From Sminthopsis crassicaudata (lineage: Eukaryota): DNA of 64,000 nt. The stretch spans positions 193,533,198 through 193,597,197 of the forward strand of contig NC_133622.1 in the NCBI RefSeq assembly GCF_048593235.1. The letters are read 5' to 3'. Numbering within the stretch: the stretch's first letter is position 1; every line of letters begins with the position of its first letter. Of this stretch, positions 1 through 11,172 are shown piece after piece. The notes below the pieces were generated by a model. That model was not told the origin of the DNA. It searched no databases and saw only the letters and a program-made list of their open reading frames with translations. Made by a program: the position numbers and the translations under genes.

Positions 1-13
1 GGACAAGGAGCAG
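1..13 (+). CDS. EBF4: 3' end of penultimate coding exon of EBF4 (COE family transcription factor), ...GQGA|
   Basis: GGA CAA GGA GCA G followed by a GT donor at 14-15 (phase 1). It joins in frame to the exon at 90 across a 76-nt intron ending in a pyrimidine tract and TAG. The gene is cut off by the window edge. Confidence 0.6.
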
Positions 14-89
14 GTCTGCGGGAGGGGAGGGGGAGGAGCAGAGCTCCCGGACCCCTTGCTTTCTCGGACTTTTCTCTCCCTCTCCCTAG

Positions 90-121
90 CCATGTCTGGA
101 CTCCTCATCCCCCCCATGTGA
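90..121 (+). CDS. EBF4: Last coding exon of EBF4: (A)MSGLLIPPM*
   Basis: Acceptor tctccctag| at 88-89, then CC ATG TCT GGA CTC CTC ATC CCC CCC ATG TGA. This matches the COE C-terminal signature (EBF1 AISGMIVPPM, EBF3 AMSGLVVPPM, recalled). The EBF4 paralogue is assigned by synteny: it lies tail-to-tail with CPXM1. Confidence 0.75.
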
Positions 122-355
122 GGCCTGCACACGGAGAAGAGCCTGGCCCTTGGATGCAGCCCCGGGGCCAGGCAGGCCAGGGGCCCGAGATGACCTGGAA
201 GAGGAGCTCCTGCCGGCAGTGGGAGAGGCCCCCCGCTGTGCTATCCCTCCACAGCCCACTCTCCCCTCTCCCTTCCACTCTCAGGACTGGCCCCAGGAGG
301 CTTCTCTCTTCACAGCACCATTTTAACTTGGGTGGATGGATGGATGGATATAGGG

Positions 356-356
<1 letters not shown>

Positions 357-402
<46 letters not shown>
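357..402. repeat. (TG)n microsatellite in the EBF4 3'UTR
   Basis: About 23 perfect TG units. Confidence 0.97.
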
Positions 403-405
<3 letters not shown>

Positions 406-1321
406 ATATGTGTGTGGTTCTGAGGGGGACTGATCCCCCATCCTTTTCCCATTATAAGCTTGGGGTGGGAAGGGGGTCCCGGGGCTGGGTTGGGGGGGGC
501 AGGGGTTCAGGTGGAAGGTCCTGCCCTCTAGAATGCTCAGGGAAGACGATCTGGTGTTTGGGGAGCACTGCCTCCCCTCCCTGGGAGGATTCCCCACCCT
601 GCTCACGTCTGGGGAGGGGGACATGTGCTGTCACTGCCTGCCCGCTTCTGGCTGGGAGGCGACCACTAGGGAAGGGACTGGGCAAGAGCCACAGGAGATA
701 GGGGTAGGGACTGGGGTAGAAATGCAGGTTAGGGGGAGGTGGGGTCAGGGAGGGGCTCATCCCCCCAGGGTGGGGCTCTGAGGCAGAATAGGAGTATTGC
801 TGTAGGACCCATCTGTCTGACTCCCTTTCCCAGGCCTGGGGCCCAGCAAGTGTCCTCCTCTGCCTCGCGCCCCAAGGCCGACCCCACTTCACGCACAATG
901 CTGGCTCCCTGGCAAAGCCAAGGGTCCAGATTCTTCCTTCAGAGTTCTGGGGAAAGGCCCCAGCAGCTCTAGCTTTGTCCTTTTAGGCCCATGGAACAAG
1001 GTCCTAGGAGCTGGGGAGTGACCCCCCAATTCTGAAACTCTCCTCCTGTGCCCTTTCCTACCCCTCCTTGTAGCAGGCTCTCACCCTCCAGCGGGGGGGC
1101 CGCCTGCCTCCCCTTCCCCTGCCTCCCCTAGGGTTACTCTCATCGTCTCTGTGCCTCCTCTCGTCTCTTCTCCTGGTGGCCCTTCCTTCTCCCCGGCCCA
1201 CCAGCTCCCCTCCTCTCTGAGGGGCCTGTCCTGGCCTGTCCTGCCCTCCCCTTTCCCTGGCTGGCAACCAGAGTCTGGCTTTGGTCATTTCATCTGGGAG
1301 GGGGTTGGGGAGAAATGAAAC

Positions 1322-1327
1322 AATAAA
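1322..1327 (+). terminator. Candidate polyadenylation signal (AATAAA) of EBF4
   Basis: First AATAAA on + after the stop at 121, which would give a 3'UTR of about 1.2 kb. Confidence 0.45.
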
Positions 1328-4300
1328 TGGAGATACTGATGCCCCTTCTGCCTCCAGTTCATGCCTTCCGCAGATCATTGTTCCAGAGACAGAAACATCT
1401 GGACTGGGTCCGTTTCTTTTGTTGGCCATTTCCTGACCCTTCCTTCCTCACGGGAGGCTTTGGGTCGGGGATGGAAAGTCTCACTTCCCTCAGGATTTTG
1501 GGGCGTTTTGTTTCTTACTCTATGTATCCCTCCTGACATGGGTAGCTTGAGACCCACGGGAATCCCGATTTTTCTTTGCTTTTTTTTCTCCCGGCTCAGA
1601 CTGGATTCTCTCTCCCCCGTGGGGACTCTGCCTCTATAAAATGCTCAGCCGGGCAGGGAGGCCAGGGCAGCAGATGGAGGCCATCTGTAATCCTGGGAGA
1701 AGTCTGGAGGGCCCAGGTCCCTTCAAAGCTGGACTATTTGCCTCTTACCTGCTGTTATCCTTTCTTTTTTCCTTACTCCAAAACTGATAGTCACCTGTGC
1801 AAGTGGGTAACAGGGTGTGGCTTCAGATTCCCAACAGCAAGGTTAAAGGCAAAAAAGCGATGGGTATTTTATAGCACACTTTGTTTTTGGATTGAACTTA
1901 AATTATTAGTATTTTTTCCGAAGTACTTTCAGGTTTACCAAGCACTTTACATAGATTATCTCCTTGGATTCTCATAACAACAACAAAGGTACACTGGTGC
2001 TATTAACATACTCATTTTAGAAAAGAAAACAGAGAAGCAGACTGATTAAATGACTCCCCCAGAATCACACAAGTAGTAAATATCTAAGGCAGGACTGGAA
2101 CTCGGATCTTCCTGACTCTAAATCTAGCACTATATTGACTATGCCACCTTCCAGCATGTCCCTGAGGGGCAAAAATTCAAGTTATCCTCTAAGCCTTTGT
2201 GCAGGTTTAAACTAGTTTAGTTCTTTAAGCTGAGTCGGGAAAGGGGGGGAATTATGGCGGATGATCCTTGGCACTAGCCAGGGTGGCCGGAGAGGAGAGA
2301 AGGGCTGAACACACAAGGCTCCCAGTGGCCTCAGATCCCCACCCCTGGCCCCGAGGTGGCCACCTCCCCCAGCTGTGTTCCTTGGCCTGCTGTTCAGCTC
2401 AGCCAGCCTGTCTCTGTGGCTCCCAGTGGGGCACGCGGCACACTTTGGAGCATAAGGCCCATTATGCAAAGTCAACAGTTTGGGGAAACAAATCCTACAG
2501 TTTGGGAGCTGCTAGGGAAGGTGAGAGCCAGAGTAGGTTTGCCATCTGTGCCAGGAGAGACTCAGAGATACAGAAACAGGGAGAGGAGGAAGGGGCCCCA
2601 ACTGCTCATGTGCAGGAACCCTCCAAACCCCAAGCTGGCCAGACCCCAGCACTGCTAAGTGCCCTCAGCGCAGAGCATACTGGACAGAGGGTGGCTAGAG
2701 AAGGAGAGCTACCAGCTCACAAGATGCTTCCTCCTGGTGGAGGGGAAGGGGCAGAAAGGAGAAAGGATCCCAGGCCCAGGGTCTCAGGCTTCACAGCCAG
2801 CTTCCCAGGCCACCAAGGCTTCTTGGGATTTACCACCTCTGCCCTGAGCTCCAGGGCGTTCCTCTCCACCCCTTTCTGGATTTTCCCATTGGCCACAGCC
2901 TGCTCGAGGCCCTGAACTTGCCTGGCTTGGAGACCTTTCTTACCTGGTCTGTTTCTACAGGTACCACTGTCCTTTTGGAGCCCAAGCAGGATCCCAATCA
3001 ACTTCCATCCCCCCTCCCTCTTGCCACATACTCCAGCCCACACAAAAACATTTTTGAGGGTTTATTTGCAAGGAAGAAGAAAATTACAGATCTAGGAATC
3101 ATGCACCTGGGAAAGGGTTCCACACTCAACAGCCCGTTTTCGAGATCCCAGAAGCATCTCTCTTTAGTGGTCCAAGTAAGAATAGTTTTCCTATCAAAAC
3201 ACCCACATCAAATTTGGGTTTAGTGCCCTACCTCCTCAGATCCCAAGGGCCTGACTAGTGGGCTTAAGGGTCTCCACTTCTTCCCCTACCCACCCCGATC
3301 AGCACCATTGTACAAACAAGGCCATAAACTGGAGGAAACAGAAACAGGTTTACTTCAATGTGCATCCCACCCAGAGCTACTGGAGCCTCGGCCAGCAGCA
3401 GATGTGGATTAGGGACAAGCCCAGGCCTCAGAGGCCCACAGGAACTCTAGCCTCTCCCAGGCCAAGGATAACTTGAATTTTTGCCCCTCAGGGACATGCT
3501 GGTAGGTGATATAGTGAATCCAATGGCTAGCTCAGATGGGAGGGAGCTTCCCATGTGAGATCCCCATGGACAGGAAAGGTAAGACCTCCTGTTTGGCTAA
3601 GAGGATGCCCGACACTTCTAATGGATCAAAGAGCTCAGCCCATCGGACCAGATCTGGCCGACGCTTGTGGCTCTTTGGGAGAGAAGAGGCCCTTTCTGTC
3701 TTGTCTGAGGTAGAGAAGGGAGTGGGTGACTTGGGTGCCCTCCACACCTGGGAAAACCTCTAGGTCAGACTCAGAGGCCGCTCGGCCTGAGGTGAGGTTT
3801 TTGCTTTAGGTTTTTATCTAATACCTAACCTTCCAAGTCTGTTCTCCAAAAAAGAAATGGAAAATACTCAGCGACATAGAAAAGGGCCTGGTGCCAGGAG
3901 AGAGAAGGGAAAGAAGGGCAGAGAAGTTAGGAGCAGGTGCCAGGAGTTGGCAGCAGCACATGGTGATGAGGACCACGGCCACAGCCAGAAGGCCCATCTC
4001 TCCGAGGCGTCCATCCCTCCTTGTCTGCACCCCCAGCACCCAGCCCATTTCCAGCCAGACGATAAATGCTTGCTAATTGGCTTACAGAGCACTTTGCTCC
4101 CAACGTGCTCAGTTAGTTCTGGAGCGGAGAGCTCTTATTGCTCTCCTTCTGGCAGAGGCTTGGAGGGAGGAGGGACTGGTGAAGCACCGAACTGAGAGCA
4201 CCCAAGCGACGCTTCCAGGGGCAGGCCCAGAGCTCCTTTGCCTTGTGCTCCCCTTCCTAAGGGCTGGCACACGCTGCATATACTCTTTCCACCCCAGCAG

Positions 4301-4640
4301 GCCTCTGGGGAAGCCCAGGACCTGAGCAGCCTTCAGGGTTGGGGTGGTTGGGGACCCATAGATCAGAAAACTTGAGAAGGGAAAGACGAATTCCCTGAGC
4401 AATGGCCGACTGCTCGACCCTAAGGGAGGATCCCTGTGAACAGGTTTCCACTCCATGAGACTTAAGGCCGAGGGTGGGTGCTTCACAGGTGCAGGCTTAG
4501 CTGGGGCAGGAGGCCGGTGGGGACACAACCAGATCTGCCATCTCTAAGAGAAGGAAGCACCAGGTGCCCGCTTTCCTCTCTAATGGTCCTCTGAAAAGTG
4601 TCCAACAGAGAGAGACAAAGCTGAGCAGGGTCGGGAAGGT

Positions 4641-4646
4641 TTTATT
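4641..4646 (-). terminator. Candidate polyadenylation signal (AATAAA) of the NAT8-like gene
   Basis: tttatt on + is AATAAA on -, about 560 nt past the stop codon at 5210. Confidence 0.5.
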
Positions 4647-5209
4647 TTCTTAGATCCTATCCAAGCCCCAATCCAACAAGAAATTATAAAACGTCTGTGC
4701 TAGTTGCAAATCAGCTTCCCTCAGGCTCAGAATCTGACCATTCCCCCATCCCTTTTATACTTCTGACAAAGGATCATTTAGCCTCTCATTGAGGCCCCTG
4801 AGAAATAGTGACTTCACTATCTTCCAAAATGGTTCATTGAATTTGGGGGCAGCCGGGACAGGTTCTTTCAGCCAAACCATGAATGCTGTGGTGACCATTC
4901 CAGGTGCCCCCAGACGGCCAGAATCCCTCGACGTCTTTCTTCTGAAGCCAGATTGATTAGAAGGCCCTCTCCGGCCCTGATCTCAGTTCAGGCCATGAAA
5001 GTTGTTCCCAGAAGCCCTGTCTGACCCATCACCACATCTAGCCCCTCAACAATACTCCCGACCTCGGTGCCCGCCCACCATAGGCTCACCGCCAGTCTCA
5101 AGGCTGCAGAGCTGACATAAGGACCTCCATCCCCAGGAGGCACAGAGGCATCTCTGGGCTAGCAGATTGGTGGGTGGGAGGCTCAGGCCCTGGCTGACAA
5201 GTGGAAGGT

Positions 5210-5947
5210 TCAGTCCTCACCCACAGGACTGTTATCTTCAGTTCTGTTGCCAGTCAGGGAATAGTGGTAGCGAGTGACAGGGAGGTCGGCCAGGAATCCA
5301 CTAAGTGTAGGCTGCAGGCATGTAGGGCCTGGATGGAAGCCAAGGCTGGAGAAGAGCCTCTGGGCAGGACTATGGAGCACATGTGTGTCCAGCACCACGA
5401 CCTGGCAGCCAGGGGAGCCGCGGGCAAAGGCCAGCACAGCCTGGCACAGGGCCCTGCCCACCCCATGACCCCGATGCTCGTGGCTTACAGCCAGGGCCCT
5501 CAGTTCCAGCTCCCCATCTCCACTCTTCCCAATCCCTGACACACCCACCATACCCACCACACTGCCATCTGTGTCCTCAGCCACCCAGAACCGAAAGCCT
5601 GGGGCCCCTGGAGCCCTCAGACCAAGACTCATGTCCTGGTGGGCGTAGAGAGCCCAAACATGAGCCAACGCGGGGCGGCCAACAGCCAGGAGCAGCGCCA
5701 GGACCAGCAAGGGCAGCAACAGGGAACGGGATGAGGTTGCCAGGAGAGTGAAGCCACATCCCAGGAGCAGCAGGAACCACGGCCGCCGCAGCATCCGGGC
5801 TCCGAGGGCTGACCCCATCTCGGCCGCCACCACCTCCAGGAGTTCCCAAAGGGCAGCCTCGTCCCCCGCGGCCTTCGGCCGTACCTTAACCCGCAGAGGC
5901 CCATCACCATCAGCACCCTCAGCGAGGTCTGTGGGCCTGGCCTCCAT
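5210..5947 (-). CDS. NAT8/camello-family membrane-anchored GNAT N-acetyltransferase (245 aa, single coding exon)
   Basis: Uninterrupted ORF with Kozak GGCATGG and a splice acceptor (ctctctcacccctgcag|) 14 nt upstream at 5962. It has a hydrophobic segment WFLLLLGCGFTLL...LLLPLLVLALLLAVG, then DM...FWVAE...VVGMVG, acetyl-CoA motif A HRGHGVGRAL and VVLDT...AQRLFSSLGF. These follow human NAT8/NAT8L in the same order (FWVAESEEKVVGMVG, EHRRQGIAKAL, VILDT...LYQSMGF; recalled). Confidence 0.87.
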   Translation of the reverse strand: MEARPTDLAEGADGDGPLRVKVRPKAAGDEAALWELLEVVAAEMGSALGARMLRRPWFLLLLGCGFTLLATSSRSLLLPLLVLALLLAVGRPALAHVWALYAHQDMSLGLRAPGAPGFRFWVAEDTDGSVVGMVGVSGIGKSGDGELELRALAVSHEHRGHGVGRALCQAVLAFARGSPGCQVVVLDTHVLHSPAQRLFSSLGFHPGPTCLQPTLSGFLADLPVTRYHYSLTGNRTEDNSPVGED

Positions 5948-7439
5948 GCCTGCGCCCAGGCCTGCAGGGGTGAGAGAGACCCGAAGAGCTCAAAGTCAGT
6001 ATAACCAGAGGCCCCTGGGGTTCCCCATACCCCAAATCAGCACTGGATTCAAGAACCAGCTTCTTCTCTCAGAGCAGAGGGACTTAGTCAAATTCTCCTC
6101 CCATTTCAATCCAGCAAAAGGAAGCTAAGGGGCTTGTCGCAGGGCAAACATATCTTGGGGCTCAGAAGGTTTTATGTCTCTGATGAGCTTGTGGCAAACT
6201 TTTACCTGTTCCTTTTTTCTTCTTGGTGGGAGTGTGGAGAGGGGGCTGAGTTTGGGCCAAGATGAGGCTGGAGCAATCCTGAAATCAAGCAGTAAAGATG
6301 TGCAGGCCAGCCTCCCTCCATGCAGGGACTAGGAGATAAAATGAGTCAGGAAATCAGGAGGGCTGGATCCGGCCTGGGCAGCATCTGCTACCTCTCTCTT
6401 CAACCCCCTCCAACCCTCAGCTCGGCACCTGCCAAAGATCCTGCCCATTCCATGCCCATCTCCTTACCAGTCATCTCCCACAACCACCATCATCAGCTTC
6501 CCAAGACCTAAGTCTGAGCCTCCCTCCATCTCCCCCCAAAACCTTCAGGGTCTCCCTCCCATCTCTTCAGCTAGCATTTATTCCTCCCTGAGTGGGTGGG
6601 ACTTCTAATTCCAACCTTATTTCAGAATCTCAGAACTCCAACGAGTCCTACCCAGGGCCCCCAAACACGCCACTCCATCTGTTCTTATCAGGGTCCAGAT
6701 AGTCTTTCTAAGCTTAGTTTAGACACCACTCCCTCTGTGGAGCCTTCCTGGATTTTCTCTAAGATCTGCCCCCCACCCCCCCATGGTTAGTGCTTTTTCT
6801 TCTTCCAAATAAGCCTTCCATTTCTTTATTTGTAAACATGAAGACAAGGACAATTTCATTTCTGTTTTAATTCCTAGCACCAGTAATCTCCCAATAAATA
6901 TTCGTTGAATGAACTGGGGATTTACTTCTGAATCAATTCCCTATTTTCTCAAGAATAATAATAGCAAAGCAGAGACTTGGTATTTTACTTAACATTCTGA
7001 TGCAGGGGAAAGATTATGGATTTGAGGTCATAAGATCTCAGTGCAAATCTAACCTCTGTCACTTACTATCTGGGTAATGCTGGATGAATCATAATCTTCC
7101 CAGGTTTCAATTTCCTCAAATGCAAAGGGAGGGGAGGGAGCAGGCCCAGAGGCCCCCAGACACTGCCTCCAACTCCACAGCTATCAGCTTGGACCCCAGC
7201 CTCTATAAGCCCTGGGAAAGGAAGCAGGAGCCCAGACTGTGGGCAGCCTTACCCTGGTGCCTCGAGGCGATCTCTTGGAGGAACTTTCCCTACCAATTTG
7301 TCCCCAACTTATCAGGTTCAATTATCCAAAACCTAAAACAAACAAACCAAACCACATCCTTCATTGGACCCTCAAGGTATCCTCCAGATTTGTTATCAGC
7401 CACAGGCCATTGGAATTTACATAAGGTATATAAGGCAGA

Positions 7440-8058
7440 CCACAGGGGAGAAAAGAGTATGAGGAAAGACTCAGAGATGGGAGGGCCCTCACAGTTGAGG
7501 ACAAAGGCCTCTTCAAGAAGACATTGGAGCTGAGTTGGAAAGGGAAGCACTCCAGGGATGGGGAGTACAAAGTCTCAGGACAAGGGAATAAAGCGTCATG
7601 TGTGAGGAAGAGCAATAAAGTCAATCTAGGACACTCAGAGTGGAAGAAGATTGGACAGGAAGGAAGGGGGCATGTTGGGAAGAACTTGAAACGCCAAACA
7701 AAGGACTTTTTATTGGCTCTTGGAGGTAAAAGGGACCCACTGGAGCAGTGAGTGGGGGAGAGACGAGGGGTGACATGGTCAGATGAGCGATGTAAGAGAA
7801 TCAGTTTGGCGCTGAGTGGAAAATGGATTGGAGTGGGTTGAGTTTTGGGCCACAGATGTCAATGAAAAGGCAACGGGTTAGGTCAGTGGTGTCAAACTAA
7901 AATTGAAACAGGGTTACTAAATCATACATAAGGATCCTTGCAGGCTGCAAATTGTCTTAATTTTTAAAACAAAGTTAATCTGGTTTGGGTGGTACTCTAG
8001 CCCTCCTGTCTGATACTTCTGGTCTAGACTAGTCATGGGGGCCTGAGCAGGGTGGCAG

Positions 8059-8092
<34 letters not shown>

Positions 8093-8480
8093 AGAGAAGG
8101 ATGAGATCTGGCAAGTGACTGGATGTTATGAAACTTACAAACACGGGGACCCAAAAGGATGGCGATCTCCTAGACAATAAGGGGGCAGAAGAGGGCAGTT
8201 TGAGGGAGGAATAGAGAGAAATTCTGCTTTGGGCTTGTTGAGTTAGAAATGTCTACAGGACATCCCGTTTGAAGCGTCCACCATGTCGTTAGTGAAGCTG
8301 GACTGAAGCTCAGAAGAGAGAGCTGGGCCTAACAGGTGGATCTGGAAATCACCCGCACACTGCTGAGGTCACCAGGTTGAACGAGAAAAGAGATGAGGGC
8401 CCATGACGAAGCTCTAAAGGACACATAATTAGAGAGTGATGTAGATGAAGAAAGAGCAAGAGACTGAAAAATAGTCAGAG
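7440..8480 (+). mobile_element. Fragmented L2 LINE remnants
   Basis: Degenerate L2-like purine-rich stretches (aggacttttattggctcttggaggtaaaagggacccactggag; gagttagaaatgtctacaggacatcc), interrupted by a (TG)n repeat at 8060-8091. Confidence 0.5.
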
Positions 8481-8510
8481 GAGAACATGGTCAAAAGTCA
8501 AAGGCTGTAT

Positions 8511-8685
8511 CAGGGCTTCTTAACTTTTTCCACTTGCGACCTCTTTTTGCCACAGAAATGTTTATGCTGCCCTGAGTACACAGACATATAAATCAAACAT
8601 TTCCTGATAATAAATCATGATTGTGCAATCCCCACATTGTTATGAGACTCCATAAAGGGTCAAGAATATCAGCTTAAGAAGCTAG
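8511..8685. mobile_element. hAT-like non-autonomous DNA transposon (MITE)
   Basis: Imperfect terminal inverted repeats CAGGGCTTCTTAA (8511) and TTAAGAAGCTAG (8674). The 5' flank is GGCTGTAT; GGCTGT lies at the 3' end and GGCTATAT after the SINE, consistent with an 8-bp target-site duplication. Confidence 0.5.
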
Positions 8686-8690
8686 GCTGT

Positions 8691-8830
8691 GGGGCAGCCA
8701 GGTGGCGCAGTGGAGAGAGCGCCAGCCCTGAATTCAGGAGGACCCGAGTTCAAATCTGCTCTCAGACACTTAACACTTCCTAGCTGTGTGACCCTGGGCA
8801 AGTCACTTAACTCCAGCCTCAGGGAAAAAA
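8691..8830 (+). mobile_element. tRNA-derived marsupial SINE (WSINE1-type), full length
   Basis: ggggcagccaggtggcgcagtgg (A box), gagttcaaatc (B box), ctcagacacttaacacttcctagctgtgtgaccctgggcaagtcacttaa, then an A tail. Flanked by a ~14-bp direct repeat aag(a)agctaggct. Confidence 0.85.
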
Positions 8831-9379
8831 GAGCTAGGCTATATATATTTCTTCTTTCTATTGACAAAAAACGAGACAACTCAGTATTTTTCACTCATTG
8901 CGTCACCACCCACTCAGTTGCTCCCCCACCTGCGGCTGGCTTCCAACTCAGAGGAGCTTGCCTTAAGATGGCCAGTGACCTCGGCTCTACAAGTTTGACA
9001 TCCGTTTCCTCATCCTCATTCTCTCAAGACATTTCTGCAGCATTTGACTTTGAAAACTGATTACTCACAAGTTTGGGCCCCAAACGGCTGGGAGTAAATG
9101 TAAGGAGCAATCATTTCTGTTTTGGACAGAAGCCTGGAGGGCCTTCTCCATACAGATGTGTGTCTGCGTCTGTATGCACTGTATATATGCAACACACATG
9201 TATCCACCCATACAGCACGCATACATTATATACGTGTACGTATGTGCGTGCCTGTAGGATGTGTGCGTACACATATCACGTAATTTTGAGGTCACTCTCT
9301 GCCTCTCACTTGGCCTTCATTGCTGACCGGGTGTTCCTTCGGTCACGGAGCTCTGTTAAAGGCCCGGATTTCCCACTCG

Positions 9380-10760
9380 TCCTGATCTGTATCTGGCCCC
9401 TGTCCCCAGAGGCTGGAGGGGACACTCAGCAGGCGCCCTCGCACAGCCCCCTCCCTTAAAGCCGGTTCACCGGCCCGGCCCGGCTAGCCTCCGAAGTCCG
9501 GTCACCTTCCAGAACAAAGGACAACGACGTCCACGTCCCCCCCACCTTTCCCCGGTTTCCGGGGAGTGACTCTCCCCGGGCTCCTTGGCAGAATCACCTT
9601 AAACTCGGCGATGCCGGAAAATTCCGGTTTTAGTTTTTTTCTCTCGTGGGATCAAACAGCCACCTCAGGGATCACCTCGTCCAACCCTTTCACGTTACAA
9701 GGGGAGAAACCGAGGCGGCGAGAGGGGGCCGAGCCGAACCCCCCCCTCCCGTCACACAGCGGGGCCTCTCCGGGAAAACCCCCACTCACGGGGGCCGGAA
9801 CCTGGCCCTTCTGACTCTCCCCAGGCCGAGCCTGGCGTGGGGGGTCGCATCGGGGTGCTCCGGGCAAGGTCAGTTTCTCTAAAACCGAACCGTTTTGTTC
9901 TCTCCCGCCCGGTATCCCACGGAGTGACAGGAGGGGTTTGGAGACGGCCAATGTCATTCCTGGGTCACTATCAGCTCGGCAGGAGGCCCCGCGGAGCCCC
10001 GAGCTTCGGGGTTCTCCCTCAGCTGAGCACAGGCCGCCTCTCCTCCCCTAAGCCATTCTTCCCGCCAGTTCCCCGTAGTCCCGGCGCCCTCGGGCCCCCA
10101 TCACCCAACGGCCGCCTCCCCGCATCCCTGCCAGGCCCACTCCCTCCTCCCGGGCCCCAAGGACCGTGTCCCGCTTCCTCCCGGGTTCCCGGATGGGCAG
10201 GAGCACGGAGGGAGGACGGGGAGCCCCCGGGGGAGGCTGCGGCCCAGGCCGGGGCTCGCTCGCCTCAGAGACTCACGTAATGGGGAGAAGAGAAGAGATC
10301 CCTCCACCAGGTCTGCTCCCCCCTCCACTCGTGGTCCCGCTCCTCGGGGGGACTTCAGGCGGGAGCCTGCGCCGACATCCACCCAGCACTCACCTGGCTC
10401 CCGGGCTGCTCCTTCCGGTGGTCGGTCCGGGGCCACGTGACCTGCCGCCGCCGGCGCCGCCGGACAGTGCTGATTGGGTAGCCCCGAGGGAGGCCCGCCC
10501 CCTCCTCCGCCAATAGGGAGAGTAATGGAAAGGGGCGGAGCCATATCTTCCAGCTCTCCTCTGCGTTCCCTCCCTGCATCCCCAGCTTGAGCATCCCCCG
10601 GAGCTCCCAGCTCACACACCCCCGGAGGTGGGCGCTCCCCGCGCGGCCCTGGCTTCGCTCGTCCAGCTGTGTCCGGCCCTCCGTGACTCCCCGGCCCGCA
10701 GCACGCCGGTGCCGGCCAGAGGGCTTTCTTGGTGAAGATGCTGAGCAGATGAATGCAGCC
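9380..10760. promoter_or_regulatory. CpG island / housekeeping-type promoter, probably driving the NAT8-like gene on -
   Basis: Dense in CpG. Contains ETS CTTCCGG (10412), E-box CACGTG (10434-10439), CCAAT boxes (10473-10477 on -, 10510-10514 on +), GC box GGGGCGGAG (10532-10540) and a minus-strand donor CAG|GTGAGT at 10394/10393. Confidence 0.65.
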
Positions 10761-10969
10761 GGGGTTAAGGGGCTCGCCCAGGGTCACATAACTAGTTAGT
10801 ATCTGAGACTGGATTTGGACTCTGGTTTTACTGTACTCTACTGTGACACGAGGAGGAGGAGGAGGAACAGCGGCGGCAGCAGAAGAAGAACAAAAAGAAG
10901 AAGAAAGGGGGAGGAGGAGGAGAATGGGAGGAGGAGGAAGAAGAGAAGGAGGAGAAGGAAGAAGAACAG

Positions 10970-11172
10970 NNNNNNNNNNNNNNNNNNNNNNNNNNNNNNN
11001 NNNNNNNNNNNNNNNNNNNNNNNNNNNNNNNNNNNNNNNNNNNNNNNNNNNNNNNNNNNNNNNNNNNNNNNNNNNNNNNNNNNNNNNNNNNNNNNNNNNN
11101 NNNNNNNNNNNNNNNNNNNNNNNNNNNNNNNNNNNNNNNNNNNNNNNNNNNNNNNNNNNNNNNNNNNNNNNN
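10970..11172. other. Assembly gap (203 N) next to a GAG/GAA purine-rich simple repeat
   Basis: Run of N; 10850-10969 is (GGA/GAA)n. Confidence 0.99.

Noticed and set aside
2268-2915. 215-aa + ORF downstream of EBF4
   Set aside because: TTG start, no recognisable domain, no supporting exon structure; expected by chance in GC-rich DNA.
2961-3060. Acceptor ctgtttctacag| as a possible alternative EBF4 terminal exon (human DQSF-type)
   Set aside because: The phase-1 translation (GTTVLLEPKQ...) does not match the recalled human peptide, and the nucleotide resemblance is only a few bases.
8689-9060. ORFs starting in SINEs (also 51631-51894 and 57923-58105), and the SINE A/B boxes as possible tRNA genes
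   Set aside because: They derive from tRNA-related SINE bodies; no cloverleaf or acceptor stem, and no coding signal.
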